From positions 186,001 through 250,000 of the forward strand of contig QPGO01000078.1 of the NCBI GenBank assembly GCA_008632985.1: DNA of 64,000 bases. Reading direction: 5' to 3'. Position 1 is the first letter of the stretch. Each line of letters begins with the position of its first letter. Below the pieces are notes generated by a model that did not search any database, was not told the DNA's origin, and saw nothing but the letters and a program-made list of their open reading frames with translations. Below are positions 47,400-59,959 of this stretch, piece by piece. Source of the stretch: Psammoneis japonica (Eukaryota). The position numbers and the translations under genes are program-made.

Positions 47400-50300
47400 T
47401 GAGAGCTCGCCCTTCGAGGGAGGATTGGGAATGGCGCTGCTGTACGAGAGCCAATCAGAATTCAGCATTTGGGATTTCCACTTGGGGGAGACCCTCGGAA
47501 AGTCGAGGACTTTCCGACTGATTAATTGACACTTTTTTGGAAAATCTGACGCAATCACTTGGGGACGAGGAGGTTGAGACAACTCTCCAAAAGCAGACAC
47601 AAGAGTCAGAATGATGCGGAGACCGACTGTCATCTTCCTTTCGCGCCACGGAAAATCACAACAACACAGACTTCTCACGCGATGAGAAAAATTCTCTCAC
47701 AAAAAAAACCCACGAGAGAGAAAAGTACAATCTCTGCTGGTGCTTCGATGATGACGGACGTAACGGAAGAATCTGCTCCAACAAAAGAGGCTGAAGAGCG
47801 GCAGCTGCATCCTTTCTTTGGAAACATGGGCACTCAATCCCAGAAACGCAAAGGCTCCATCAAAACGAGCAAAAGCCAAGCGTGCACACGCCAGAAGCGG
47901 ACGCATCAGAGCGATTTTAGTGGGCGCAAGGTGGCAAGAGTAGACGATGGAACGAAGAAATGCAAGAGATGTGAGAGAGGTCCCACATGTCATCATGGCC
48001 ATGATCCCACATGCAAATTTTCAAAAAGGCACTCGCAAGCGAACGTCACCAAAGCCACCATGGATGCAGAGCGACGCGACAAAGAGCTGCACGAAACAAA
48101 CAACACGATTCCGGCTGCCCCAGTTGAGGGAGTTTTGACCACACGAGACCATTTTGGAACACAGAGACCTGAAGCTCGCGTCACATTGCCTCCTCCAGGT
48201 GTTTCCAATGTTTGCAAGCCGGTGAATTCGGGGGTGGCTGGTGCTGCAGGCCCCGTGGAGTGCACGGGTGATGCTTGCAAGGCGGCCGCCATTACAAAAT
48301 TTTCGGTTGAGACTTTGAAACAAGAGATTCGAGCGAGAGCAAAAAAATGTGAGAACTCCGAGGAGAGGACGAAGTGCCCGGCTGCAGCAAGTGCTCTCAT
48401 CAGCCATCTGTTGGACTCTGTCAAGCCAGATTCGAGCAAGGCAGCAACAAGCATCCTGCCAAAGAGACAGCAGTCAAGAAGGTAGATGTTGTCATTGCTG
48501 GGTGTGTTTTGTGCATGAGTTTTTGATTCACTGTTTCATTTCAACGTTGCCGATTCCTGCACTCCAACAGCATCAACAACCTTTGTTTTTAGCCGGGTTC
48601 GCAAGAGTTGCAGCAGTCGCAACAACAGCAGCAGTCACAAGAGTTGCAGCAGTGGTTGTAAGAGCTGAAGCAGCCATCGTTCTTGCATGCCCTGTGGAAC
48701 ACGCTGTCAATGACTGAAGTCAGAAACAATGCCACAGAGATGAGCTCTGGGACAAAAGCAACGTTTGCAATGCAACAGAACCACGACCAGCTGCTCCAAC
48801 ACTGTAGACTCCCATGCTCCTGCACAACTGATCCAGTGCCACCTGCTCCCTGTGCCACCCAGCTGCAAAACTTTGACAATCCAAACCACCTTTGAGGGCA
48901 GGTGAACCCTGTCGCAACGGAGATTCGGGTCTGCGGCGGTTGAAGGCACTCCCGTCCTTGGAAGTGCCAGACGCGTTCCAGACGCAGGTGGGAATCCGTG
49001 TGACATTGGGCCCGTAGACTTCTGCGTGCGAGCTCCACAGCAAAATCATGCGGCAATTAAAATGTCAATGATTGCCAACAGAAAATGAGGCAATTTTGCG
49101 AACGCACAAACTCGCCCATAATTGAAGTGCATCATTTTTTACTTGGCCAGTTACATTCTTCAGACATTGAAGAATGCAACTGGCGCATTGTTGTTTCTAT
49201 AAATTCGTCACACGAGACTTTGAAACAAGAGATTCGAGCGAGAGTAAAAAAATACGAGAACTCCGAGGAGAGGACGAAGTGCCCGGCTGCAGCAAGTGCT
49301 CTCATCAGCTGTCTGTTGGACTCTATCAAGCCCAGATTCGAGCAAGGCAGCAACAAGTATCCTGCCCAAAGAGACAGCAGTCAAGAAGGTAGATGTTATC
49401 ATTGCTAGGTATATTTTATGCATGAGTTTTTGATTCACTATTTTATTTCAACGCTGCCGATTCCTGCACTCCAACAGCATCAACAACCTTTGTTTTTAGC
49501 CGGGTTCGCAAGAGTTGCAGCAGTCGCAACAACAGCAGTAGTCACAAGAGTTGCAGCAGTGGTTGTAAGAGCTGAAGCAGCCGTCGTTCTTGCGTGCCCT
49601 ATGGAACACGCTGTTAATGACTGAAGTCAGAAACAATGCCACAGAGATGAGCTCTAGGACAAAAGTAACGTTTGCAATGCAACAGAACCACGACCAGCTG
49701 CTCCAACACCGTAGACTCCCATGCTCCTGCACAACTGATCCAGTGCCACCTGCTCCCTGTGCCACCCAGCTGCAAAACTTTAACAATCCAAACCACCTTT
49801 GAGGGCAGGTGAACCCCATCGCAACGGAGATTCGGGTCTGCGGCGGTTGAAGGCACTCCCGTCCTTGGAAGTACCAGTCAACGCCTTACCGGGGAGCAAC
49901 CCCTTGGCTCTCGTCGGCCGTCTCAATGTTCAGAGGTGGGGCCACATGAATATTATTGCAGAAAAAAATTACCGAGGCGCTGCTGCAGTCAGCAACCTCG
50001 GCAGTGGCCCGTGTTATTTAAAGACGAGGGCAACCTCGTCTGCCGCTTATACGCGGACTTTTCCAGCCAAAGTGGTAGATTGTAGATAAAAAAATGACAC
50101 AAACCGCACCCACAATCAATGTATGGCCATCAATCTCTTCAAGTAGCGTGTCAATGGCACCTGAGGCAGCGCCGCAAGCAGCGATACTGCAAAAATCCTG
50201 AAACGCCACCCCGATGACTAGCAAACCCTCATTGACGACTGGAGAAGAGTCGACTGGAACCACAACGATTGCAGTGCAAAACATCAGCGTACGAGACGCT

Positions 50301-50600
50301 ATTAATGCTCAATGCTTAAAGGAGGGCTCTTCAATCTGTCAAGAACAAACAGAAATTGCAACGCAAGAGTGAGAGACGAGTTCTAAAAATGGCAAAAGTA
50401 CCAACGCATTTCTTATCCATTTTTCACGTTTTTCATACCTCTCTTTTCGTATATTCGTTTGTCAAGAGAGTTTTAATGCGTGCTTTGTTGTCACGGCAGT
50501 ATCACAAGTGACGGCGACAATTTCAACTACCGGCTCTTGCAGCTGTCATGGTCGATTTTTTGTTTGGTGTCGGGAGGGAAACTCCTGAATTGCGTAGATT
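47400..50600 (+). mobile_element. Deleted relative of the 12.8-23.7 kb DDE transposon with a 660-bp internal duplication
   Basis: KKCKRCERGPTCHHGHDPTC matches KTCKRCVTGPGHKKGHDDMC of the other element; 48309-48970 is repeated at 49214-49877. Boundaries approximate. Confidence 0.6.
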
Positions 50601-51387
50601 TCTACGTAAAATTCATACTAGAGATACTTCAACACTACAATGTCTCATCGGTGTCATCACGCCAAATTACTTCAACATGCGAGCACCCGGAGATCTGACA
50701 CATCGGGTGGTGAAAAGGGAGAAAGAAGTGAGGATCGCTCTTCAAACCACTTCCGCAATTTAGATCAAGCTCGCTGCCCTCGCAACCCCTTCCTCTCTCC
50801 TTCCTTTCTCTCCTCTTCCTCCTTCTTTCTCCTCTCCCCTCCCCCCCTCTCGTGGAGTCACTAACCCCCCCAAAATCGTCTTTAGCCCCAAGACCCTCTT
50901 GTTTGAAATGGAAACCGAAAGCACCCGATAATATCAGCGCCGGCTATGATTGCCCTCCTGGGTGGATCATGAGAAGCTGTTGTACATGCATTATTCCTAC
51001 TAGCAGTCGACATGTACGATCGCAGGCTTATGGTGATTGTACTTAACAATATCTCGCGAGACGGAGACAGCGAGTGCATGCCATGGTGAAGAAAAAAGTG
51101 TTGACATCTAACGAAAAGATGAGTCACAAGATGCTGTCCGTGCCACTTGAGTCCAACACTGAAGCCCTGTTGCATGACACCCAAGTCGCCAAAACCTCTT
51201 CACAAAAATGGTGGCGGCGACAGATGGAGTCACGTGCGCAGGATGGCAGATTGCGCGCAAAACCCAAGCCGTTGGTTCGCGCCATAAATAACTGCACGGT
51301 GGGCCTAAAAAGAAAACAACTTACCAGATTATGCCATTCTATACACCGCTCTAGTAAGTTACTGCTACACTTTATCAAAACTAGGGC

Positions 51388-53540
51388 CTACTCGCTAGAG
51401 AGTGGGAATAAGCTAGATTTTTTCTTCTCCAACACTTGAATCATTTCTTCTACATCGTCGTGCTCGCCGGTGAGCTGCTCCACCTCTGCCGGAGTCATGT
51501 TGAGGCGACTTCCCTTGTCGGGGCCACATACAGCAGTCTCAACCCGATTCCGTTGTGTCTCGTCTAGAGCAGTCTGAAAATAGTGCTCAAGCATTGCAAT
51601 AATGTCAGACGCTGCCATGTAACCAAGGTTGAGCTTCTTGTCGATGCGTCCTGGACGGATAAGTGCCGGATCAAGGTGTTCCGGATGGTTTGTGGTCATA
51701 ATCACTATACGATCAGGAGTATCCACAACACCATCTAGAACGTTGAGGATTCCTGTCAAATTCAGGCGATCCGGAGGAGTGAACATGCTCATGTAAGGCG
51801 ACAAGTCGGGCTTTGGCTTGTCCGCATCTGAAGAAGGCAGAACTCCTAACGGAGGCCACATTTTCTCATCAACGGGACTACTCGTTTTGGCAGCATGGAG
51901 CGACGCAGTGTCATTCTGCTTAGAGTAGCTTGTGCCACGCGACATCGAAGGCCTCATCAAAGAATGGAAAGAAGGTTGTTCACTTCCAAGCAGGACTTCT
52001 TCGTTGATTTCGGCGCCTAGGTCAAGCAGTTCGTTGATGGTTTGTGCGTGAGCGCTCATGAACTTGTCGACGGCAGCTTGCTGGGCCAACAACGACCGGG
52101 AAGTCCTTACAGCATCGTCTGTAAGCTTGTTTAGAGTTTTGTCGTTCGTTTCGCCAACGAATCCTAGACCAGGTAAGCTCGTGAGCCTCTTGGCGACCGA
52201 CTCGACAGTCTCAGGCTTCAGCGCCTCTTCTTTGAGCCGGTCGGATTTCTTCATCAACGTCTTGACGAGCTTCTTACACTCTGGATCAGAGCTCTCAAGG
52301 AGCAATTGCCAGATTGACTTGGGAGCAGGCAGGTCTAGCTGGTGAGCCTCGATTAAATCCGATGCTTGCTTTCCATCGCGTCTCTTTACAACATCAGAAG
52401 CGGCGTCGATATCCTCCATGACAAAGATGACGTCCTTAAAGTCGAGCTTGATCGCAACGCCTTCACCCTGGACAAAGAAGTTCTTGTCGAAGAAGATCGA
52501 CATTAGTTTGGCGTTGGTGGATATCTTGGAAAGTGGCACGTTGACAATCGATCGACCAGTGTGCTTTGCCAAAGCCTTGATGAAACTAGTCTTGCCTGTT
52601 CCTGGCGGACCATGAAGCAGGAGCCCAAGTTTGTTTGGGTACCCCTCAAGCGCGTACTTTCCCTTCTTTTTGGTGAATGAGTCTACCAGTTTAAGAATTG
52701 ATTTCTTTTCTGGGAAGAACAAGGACTTGAACGTTTTATCTTCGGACAGACGAAAACGGGTGTACTGCTTCGCAGTGTTTGAATCCGAGTCGGAATTTGA
52801 TTCCGTGGTACTTTTCGCCTGAAGATCGTAGTAGTACCGTGACTGGTCTTCTGACTTTTTGAGCTCGGAAATGTACCACTTGTAAGCGGTTCGAATAAAA
52901 GCGTCAATAGAAGCTCCATCGTGCGATCGAAAGCTAAACGTCGTCACTTGCACCTTCTTTTCCGCATTCTTGTCACCACCATCGTTGGAACCGCTCTGCG
53001 ATGAATCAATTTTCATCCAGACGTTGCATGGGCTACCATATGTACCAAGATCATGCCATTTCTGGTGAGGCGGGTTCTTGACAATCTTGAGCCGTTGGAG
53101 TATGCCTACAACAGTGCGGCCATAAGACGAATGGTTTCTTCCACTGGATCGATCTTCCATTTTGTAAGACTCAAGTCGGCCTGTTTCAGATGCAAGTCCA
53201 CTTTAGAATGACAGAAAAGACGAATTGCCTTGATAAGGACATAGTTTTGCGAATCAGAATCGACGCTGACGCTCCCACCATTGATATTGGCTTGCGAACG
53301 ATAAGAAATGGTGCGCTCATGCCAAGTAACAGGTTTTCTTCCCGTCCACCATCTCTTCCAAGAGTCGTAGTCAAAGTACTTTTGGAGCGCCTTGACAAGG
53401 CCAAGCAACCGCTGAAGTGCAAACGGAAGCAAGAGGGCCACAATCATGTCGGTCCTAGAGTCTCCCGTCTTCAATGCGTTCAGGATGCCGAGGCCTTGAA
53501 TCCCTCCGGCCATTCCTCCGAGATAGTCTTCTTCGCTCAT
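51388..53540 (-). CDS. BCS1-like AAA+ ATPase (one 1-bp frameshift near 53160)
   Basis: GLLLHGPPGTGKTS, VMEDIDA, LNVLDGVVD, MTTNHPEHLDPALIRPGRID. Adding one A to the A-run joins the two ORFs (LTKMEDR). Confidence 0.9.
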
Positions 53541-53949
53541 TTTGGTTGCGTGCGGGATTCAAACTCTTTTTGAAACAAATAATGTGAATGGGTCGGATCT
53601 TTTTTTTATGAGAGTACATGCGAGAAGCAATCCAAAACGGCACACGATTCAGAAAAATGAAACGTGCATCACTTCAGTCGGACTTGCTCTCGTGAGAAGT
53701 GACAGGTAAAACACGAACTATAATCTCCTCGCATCCTGTCCACATATGAGGCAACGTCACTAAATTCCGATCCTTGTAACGGCAGATGAAGTTGTTGGTA
53801 TATCACATAGTGGCGTCAGCTCTGCAAAAACTTGCTCCGCCGGCACAAGCGACGACGCCATCGTCTATCATACATCTTTTCGCTGATTGGAGACATTGGG
53901 CGGAGAGGGAGACGTTTTTCGCCCTTTCTTGAAAAAATTATTGAAAAAG

Positions 53950-56327
53950 CCAGAAGATGCAGAAAAATGAAAAAACGCGACACCAAGTAAGTGGGGGATG
54001 GATCGTTGCGTTCATTGCTTCGTCGCAAGGCGAGAAAACAAGAAGTGCAGGAAACACCACCAGCGGGGATCAAAGCATCTGTGGGGACGAATTGTTGTGC
54101 ATTGCTTCATCACAGAAACAAGAGGTGCAGAAACAGCACCAGCAGCCGGGGTCAAAGCATTTGGCTGGCTGCACAAACAGCAGCCCCTCTCTTGTGAAAG
54201 GGCCAGTGATGGATGCTTCCAAGGAAATTTGAGCTGGGGCAGGCTGTTCTCTCCTCCTCACAGCTCCACCTCTCAGCCTCTGCCAGACATCTGCTCTCAT
54301 TCAGTTTCTTTGCTGCATTGTTTTTGGGCAATCGCCAGACCACAATTGCCCTCTGGTGTCGCCACTCTCTCTGACTCTTCCCCCCTCAGAGTGGCTGTGA
54401 GCGATGCTCCTGGCCAAGAAGCCACTCTGGCTGGTTGTGCCATGATCACCAGACCTCAGGCCAGAGCTTGCAATGTTGGGGAACCTGGAATTGGAGCTTG
54501 GGATAGAGAGCCACAAAGGGTGGGCTGCACAGGCTGCAAAGGAAAACTCGCTCTCGACTCATCAACGTGCAATGCAACGCTGATGAAAGAAAACACCGAG
54601 GATGCTGCAGCTCATGAAGCTGCTTGCAGCCACACACCAGCAATGCAAAGCAACCCCCTCACTCACACAGGGGGGGGGCACAGACCATTGTCTCCTGTTG
54701 GTCTCTGATCTCTGATTTGTGCCAAAGAATCTCGTCACCCCCCAACGGGCCAGCCAAGTGAGGGGCCTGTTTTGTCGATGCTGAAATGCCTCAGTGTGCC
54801 CCAAAAGGGAAAAGTGTGGGGTTGCCCACCCAGTTGTCATTGCTTTGGCTGCCTCAAGCACCAGCTTTCTCTCTCTCTCTCAAACGAATGATCAAAAGCG
54901 GCGAAGCCAATTTTCCGTCAAATGTGACAAACAAATGACACAAGTGGCCAAGGTGGAGCTGCTTGCTTGATTGGACATTCATCCAACTGTTTCAGCAAAT
55001 GGCTGGCACAACAACGTTGGCCAAAGCAAGAAGAGTGAGACTTTTGCAGTGGTTCATCAGTGGCTGGCTGCTGCTGTTGTTTACGTGATTGAGGTTGTTG
55101 TGTCAAAAGATCCAAAGGAGGGCGGCGGACGAGTTGAACAGGACGATTTGAGTTCAATCGCCCATCTCTCTGTCTGTCTCTCCCTGTCTCTCTCTCTCTC
55201 TCTCTCTCTCTTGGGGGCTGTGCTGTTTGCAATCTGGCACAACAAAACCAGGGGGGCTTGGGAGGTGTGAAGTTTGTGGCAAGAAAGAAGGTTTTTGAGG
55301 TTGTGTGAGTGGCTGCAGCGTGCAATCATGCGGTCAAGGCTGATGCATTGTTGAGTGTAATTTCGAAGGTTTGAGAGGGGTTGTGAGTGGGGAGGGGTGG
55401 CCGTTGTGCCTTTCTAAAGCTTCTGCAATTCACTTGATGGCAGGTCATTTGGGTGACAAGGGATGTGCAGGAAGATGGGAATTGACTGGTGTTCCAGTGT
55501 TGCTCTGGTTGCATTTCCAAAGAGATGAGGTTGTGCGCCTTTCGGAAGAGCGGTTGCAGTTTGCTGGGCTTGTGGCCTTGGGCTTGTGGTCAAAGGCAGA
55601 GCAGTCTCATTTTTGCCTTTGCATTGGCAGTGTTGGAGCAAAGATTTTTTAAGTGGAAGAGCATGCCCATGATTGGGCCGGTGAGCACTCCAGGCAGGTG
55701 AGCTGGCTGAGTGTGAGGTGGGGTGCACATGCACAAATTCATTTCTTTTTCATAAAGGGCAGTGTGAAGGTGGGAGCCTTGGAGTGAGATTGTGAGGTCC
55801 ATGAAGTTAACATGACAGCTCCGGGCACTTGTGATCTGGGCAATGTTGAAGTCGTTAAGCCTGGAGGCAAATGCTTCCCAGGTGGTGGCGTCGGTGGTGG
55901 TGTTGGTGATGTGCCAGATGCCGAACAAGACATCATCAACAAAATGTTTGTGGCAAAAAAGCTGGGAGCTAAACTCCTCCAGGAGTGTGTCTTTGTGAAG
56001 TGCACAGCAGTGTGAGGTGGTGCATGGAGGGGCAGGTGGTGTGCCCATGGTGGCTCCATTGCACTGGTGCCAGGTGGTGTCTCCGAATGTGAGTGCATTG
56101 TTGTTCATCACAATTTGGAGTGCTTTGATGAGGGCCTCCATTGGCACATCATTGCAGTCGTTTTCATGATGTCAAAGATGGGAGGTGATGAGTTGGAGTG
56201 CTCTCAAGCAAATGCATGAGTCAGCACAGCCAATTCTCCACATGTCAAATGTTGCCAACAAAATGCGAGCAGCTGAGGTGGGAGAGCTGCTGGTCGAATG
56301 GACAGTCATCCAAGCTGCAGACCAAAT

Positions 56328-56368
<41 letters not shown>

Positions 56369-58500
56369 ATGAATGATCAAACAATCACACAAGCAATCAA
56401 CCAACAAATGCAACAAACAAAAAACAAAGCAGCTGACAATGTGGCCACACCTCGGATGTTTTGTCCAACTGTTCAGAAGCAACAGCAGGCACAGCAAACA
56501 AAAAACAAAAAACAAAGCACTCAGGAGGCTTGCACTGCATGCTTTTGCTGATGACAAAAGTTGAGCTGTTTGCATCATTTTCACTTTGTTTGTGAACTGA
56601 TTTGCTGCAGATTTCTGTCTCAACTTCACTGGTTTTTGGCAGCTTTTGTTGAGATTGGGGGGAGAAGGCACCTTTTTTGCAATGCCATTGAGCTGTGTCT
56701 GTTCCTGAAATTCATCATGACCTCTGTTTTGCTGGAGGAGAGGTGCGGATCTGTGCCCACGCAATGCTTGCTGCATCAAAAATGCCTCTGCAAAAATTTC
56801 ATGAAGTGCCAGCCACTCAGAGCATCAAACATGAAGAGCTGATTTCCTTTGTTGATGCTGGGCCCAAATTTGCAGAATGACAGCCACCCCAATGTGAGTG
56901 CAGCACTGAGCCAAGACCGTTTCTCAGTCCTTTTCTCATTCTGCAGTGGAAAACAGCATTGTTGCTGACTTTCATGATCTTGTTCTTCTTCTTGATCACT
57001 GCATCATCTCTCTGCATCTTCTTTTTTTTAACACTTGCAAAGCAACTCTTTGAGTGGGGCAGCATGTGCTTCTTTGCACCACCAAAGTGCCATCCTCTGC
57101 AAAGTGGCAGAGATGTTTTCCTGCTTCTCAAACTCTGCTTTGCCAAAAAGGGATCACAGAATGACTCCTTGGCAGTGTTTGCATGTGATGGTGCATGCTC
57201 GTGCAGAGGGTGTTGGAACTGTGGTCCTCCTCTTGCTGAAGAGCACAGTTGAAGTTCTGTGTTTTTGTTTTTGCTTGACATGTCAGGTGCATCTGGTCTG
57301 ACACAGACACCAATGGCCACTTTCCCTGTGGTTCTGGGCTTGCAAAGATTGCACAGGTGCAGCAAACAACAACCTGGCATTGTGAGCTAGAGAAGTTGGC
57401 ATGCCAACCTTGGCAACAACTCTGCCTCAAGTGTGTTTCATCAAGACTGCTTGGAAAGTTTGGGCAACAATGCAAGAGGCTTGGAAGCAAAACCAGTGGT
57501 GAGAAGCTGTCCACATTTATGTCAAATGCACCAAGATTGCATGCATTCTTGCTGAGGGAGCAGAGCACCACTCATGCCAGCTCTTGACACATCCACCAGC
57601 TTTCTGCTCTTTCACTGCCATCTCAGTTTTGACAGTCACCAGCTGTGCTGGAGGTTTGCTGTCCTGCTTGTCACCAACAGATGATCCTGGCATTGTCCCT
57701 GGCATTGCTTCTTGTGATTCTTCTTGGCTGCCAAAAATTTGCACTCAACAGCAAGTTTGTCAACTGTGCAACAATCAACAACCCTCAAATTTCATGCAGC
57801 CCACATCCATGGCAGCAAAAACAGGGCTGAGTTTTTCACCACACCAGTGGCAGATGTGCCTTGTGCCACCAACAAGCAAGCATTGCTTTGACTGACCAAC
57901 AAAAGTTGTGCTCTCAACAACCAACTTTTTTCTGACTGTGTCACTGGCAGATTGACACAGCTGGTGTCCATGGAGGCAGCAAAAGCAGGAGGTGATCATT
58001 TGTCCACCTTCACTCTTTTTGAAGCAGCTGGGGAACCTGCTTCCATTTTGTGTCCTCACCACAAGCCATGCCTTTGGCTTTTGCCAAAGCTCAAAAGCAG
58101 TGGTGTGCAGCAACACAGGGTCCAGAAGTGGTGGGTGGTCACCGGCAACCCCCCCCCCCTTGATCGCGCTCTTCCTCCATCATCATTGTTGGTTGCTGCT
58201 TCAACAGCCCCAATGTGTGTTGCGTGCACTGCATGACTCAGCCCTTGCTGCAGCGCTGCACAGACTGTGTCAAAGTGCGCCAATGCCATGGCTCCAAATG
58301 ATGTACAAACTGAGTGCAGGTGCAAAAACAGACTGAATGGCCTTGTGCATGCAGCATTGCTGTTTGACAGTGTGTTGTGATCAATTCACTCCCACTCCAG
58401 AGTTCATTTGCAGATGGCACTTCAGTCACGTTGCAAAAACACCTGGAACTGACAACTGAGCCACCCACAGGTTCTCTGTCACTCCTTGCTCCTGACCTGT
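53950..58500. other. TA/CG-depleted decayed repeat block with (CT)n microsatellites
   Basis: Near absence of TA; (CT)n at about 54868, 55166-55210 and 56330-56367. Confidence 0.6.
55590..56147 (-). mobile_element. Penelope-like reverse transcriptase fragment
   Basis: VMNNNALTFGDTTWHQCNGATMGTPPAPP, HFVDDVLFGIW, FMDLTI, LYEKEMNL...PPH...H.PG match PLE RT motifs with Y->C/H. Confidence 0.8.
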
Positions 58501-58751
58501 CTCCATCCTGCATCTGCCATTACCGTGTGCTGCTCCCATGAAATGGCAATTGATGTGCATCAAACGGCGTAGAAACTGGAACATTGCAATGTCGCTGCAG
58601 TCTTCAAGCGGAGAAGAGGAATCACCGTCTTTTCATCTAGCTTTACCATCCTGTACCTAATGTAAAGTTACAGCAGGCAACGACGTCCTAGCTAGACGTG
58701 CAGACAAACACATGTTATGTAAGTATGATACAAACATATCCTGGTTAGGTG

Positions 58752-59735
58752 CTAGCCGCCCATGGCCGTTACAAGCTGGGTCCAGAGGAGAGGTTGCTCA
58801 TGTTCTAGAGCGGTGATGGACTTGTTCACGAGAGCCTTGGGATTCTTGCGAATAAAGTCAAAGCAGGCTTGTTTCAATGCCGTGGCTTCGTACAAGTCCG
58901 ACATTCGCAGCAGACTCTTAACCGTGGCCATGGAGAGATTCTGGATACAAACTTGTTCCGTCAAGTGGTGGAGCTCCAACAATTCGTATTCTTGGCTGAC
59001 AGACAGCATTTCACCGGGGTCTTCCTTGATTTTGGATGCATCGAAGTCACCGGTGTAGATAAATGAAAGCACCATCTCCAAAGTAGACTTGGAATGAGGC
59101 GTTTGGAAGACAAAGCCTTCTTTTTGTCGTTCACGCCAATGTCCTTCAAAGCAGCGAGCAAAGTAGTCCGACGCGGTACCCAAGATATTCTGGTGAGCAT
59201 GTACGGCAGTCCCGTCGGACAAGACAAACTTGACATCACTGTAGTTTTCTGAAAACAAGAGCCTTCGATACGTCTGCACTGTGGAGCGCGCAACAGCGGT
59301 CCTGGGGATTCTGGCAGCGGAACTTTCGGACTCGATCCATGGGATGATATCTGCAAGGATTCTGCTGCCGTTGTGGCATGTGTTGTACGCATTCCTCTTG
59401 ATCAAAGATGCCGCCCGTTCAAGTGCCTCCGACCGCTCACTTGCCGTCACGCCATGTTCCAATAAGAGTCTTACCAGAGCCTTGACGTCTGCCGTGCTGT
59501 CAATGCTAATGAAACTCTTTTCGCAAGCGTTGATAACTGCATGTAGAGGAGTCATGCCTCTGTAGATGGAATGCACGTCCGCACCGGATTTCATGGCACG
59601 TCTCGCGAGAACCGGTGAACCGGCGGCAGCCGCTTCGTGCAGCTCAATAGAAGCTTTCGACAGCGCAGGCCGCATCTTCTTCTTGGGTGGCGAGGTCTTG
59701 GTTGGCATCCTGATTCCTGATCGATTTTGCGACAT
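58752..59735 (-). CDS. Ankyrin-like + BTB/POZ (+BACK-like) protein
   Basis: GADVH...GMTPLH; YSDVKFVL...AHQNILGTASDYFARCF...W.E; FIYTG; LKQACFDFI. Confidence 0.88.
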   Translation of the reverse strand: MSQNRSGIRMPTKTSPPKKKMRPALSKASIELHEAAAAGSPVLARRAMKSGADVHSIYRGMTPLHAVINACEKSFISIDSTADVKALVRLLLEHGVTASERSEALERAASLIKRNAYNTCHNGSRILADIIPWIESESSAARIPRTAVARSTVQTYRRLLFSENYSDVKFVLSDGTAVHAHQNILGTASDYFARCFEGHWRERQKEGFVFQTPHSKSTLEMVLSFIYTGDFDASKIKEDPGEMLSVSQEYELLELHHLTEQVCIQNLSMATVKSLLRMSDLYEATALKQACFDFIRKNPKALVNKSITALEHEQPLLWTQLVTAMGG

Positions 59736-59959
59736 CGCTCGTACAACTGCCGGTATGTTTGTGGGGAAACGCGGTCACAAACACCTTCAAAAGCCTCTCA
59801 CAGCTCTCCGGAAAACAAAACAACGAAGATCTTTTTCTTCTTTTGTGAGAGTATGTCGTACATGCGAGAAGCAATCCCCAAACAACACACGACGACACAC
59901 GAATCGGACTTGCTCTGCCGGCAGCATGGCCGCGGCGGCTTTCGATTGATTTTTTATAA

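Noticed and set aside
50788..50851. Polypyrimidine tract
   Set aside because: Simple low-complexity sequence with no supportable function.
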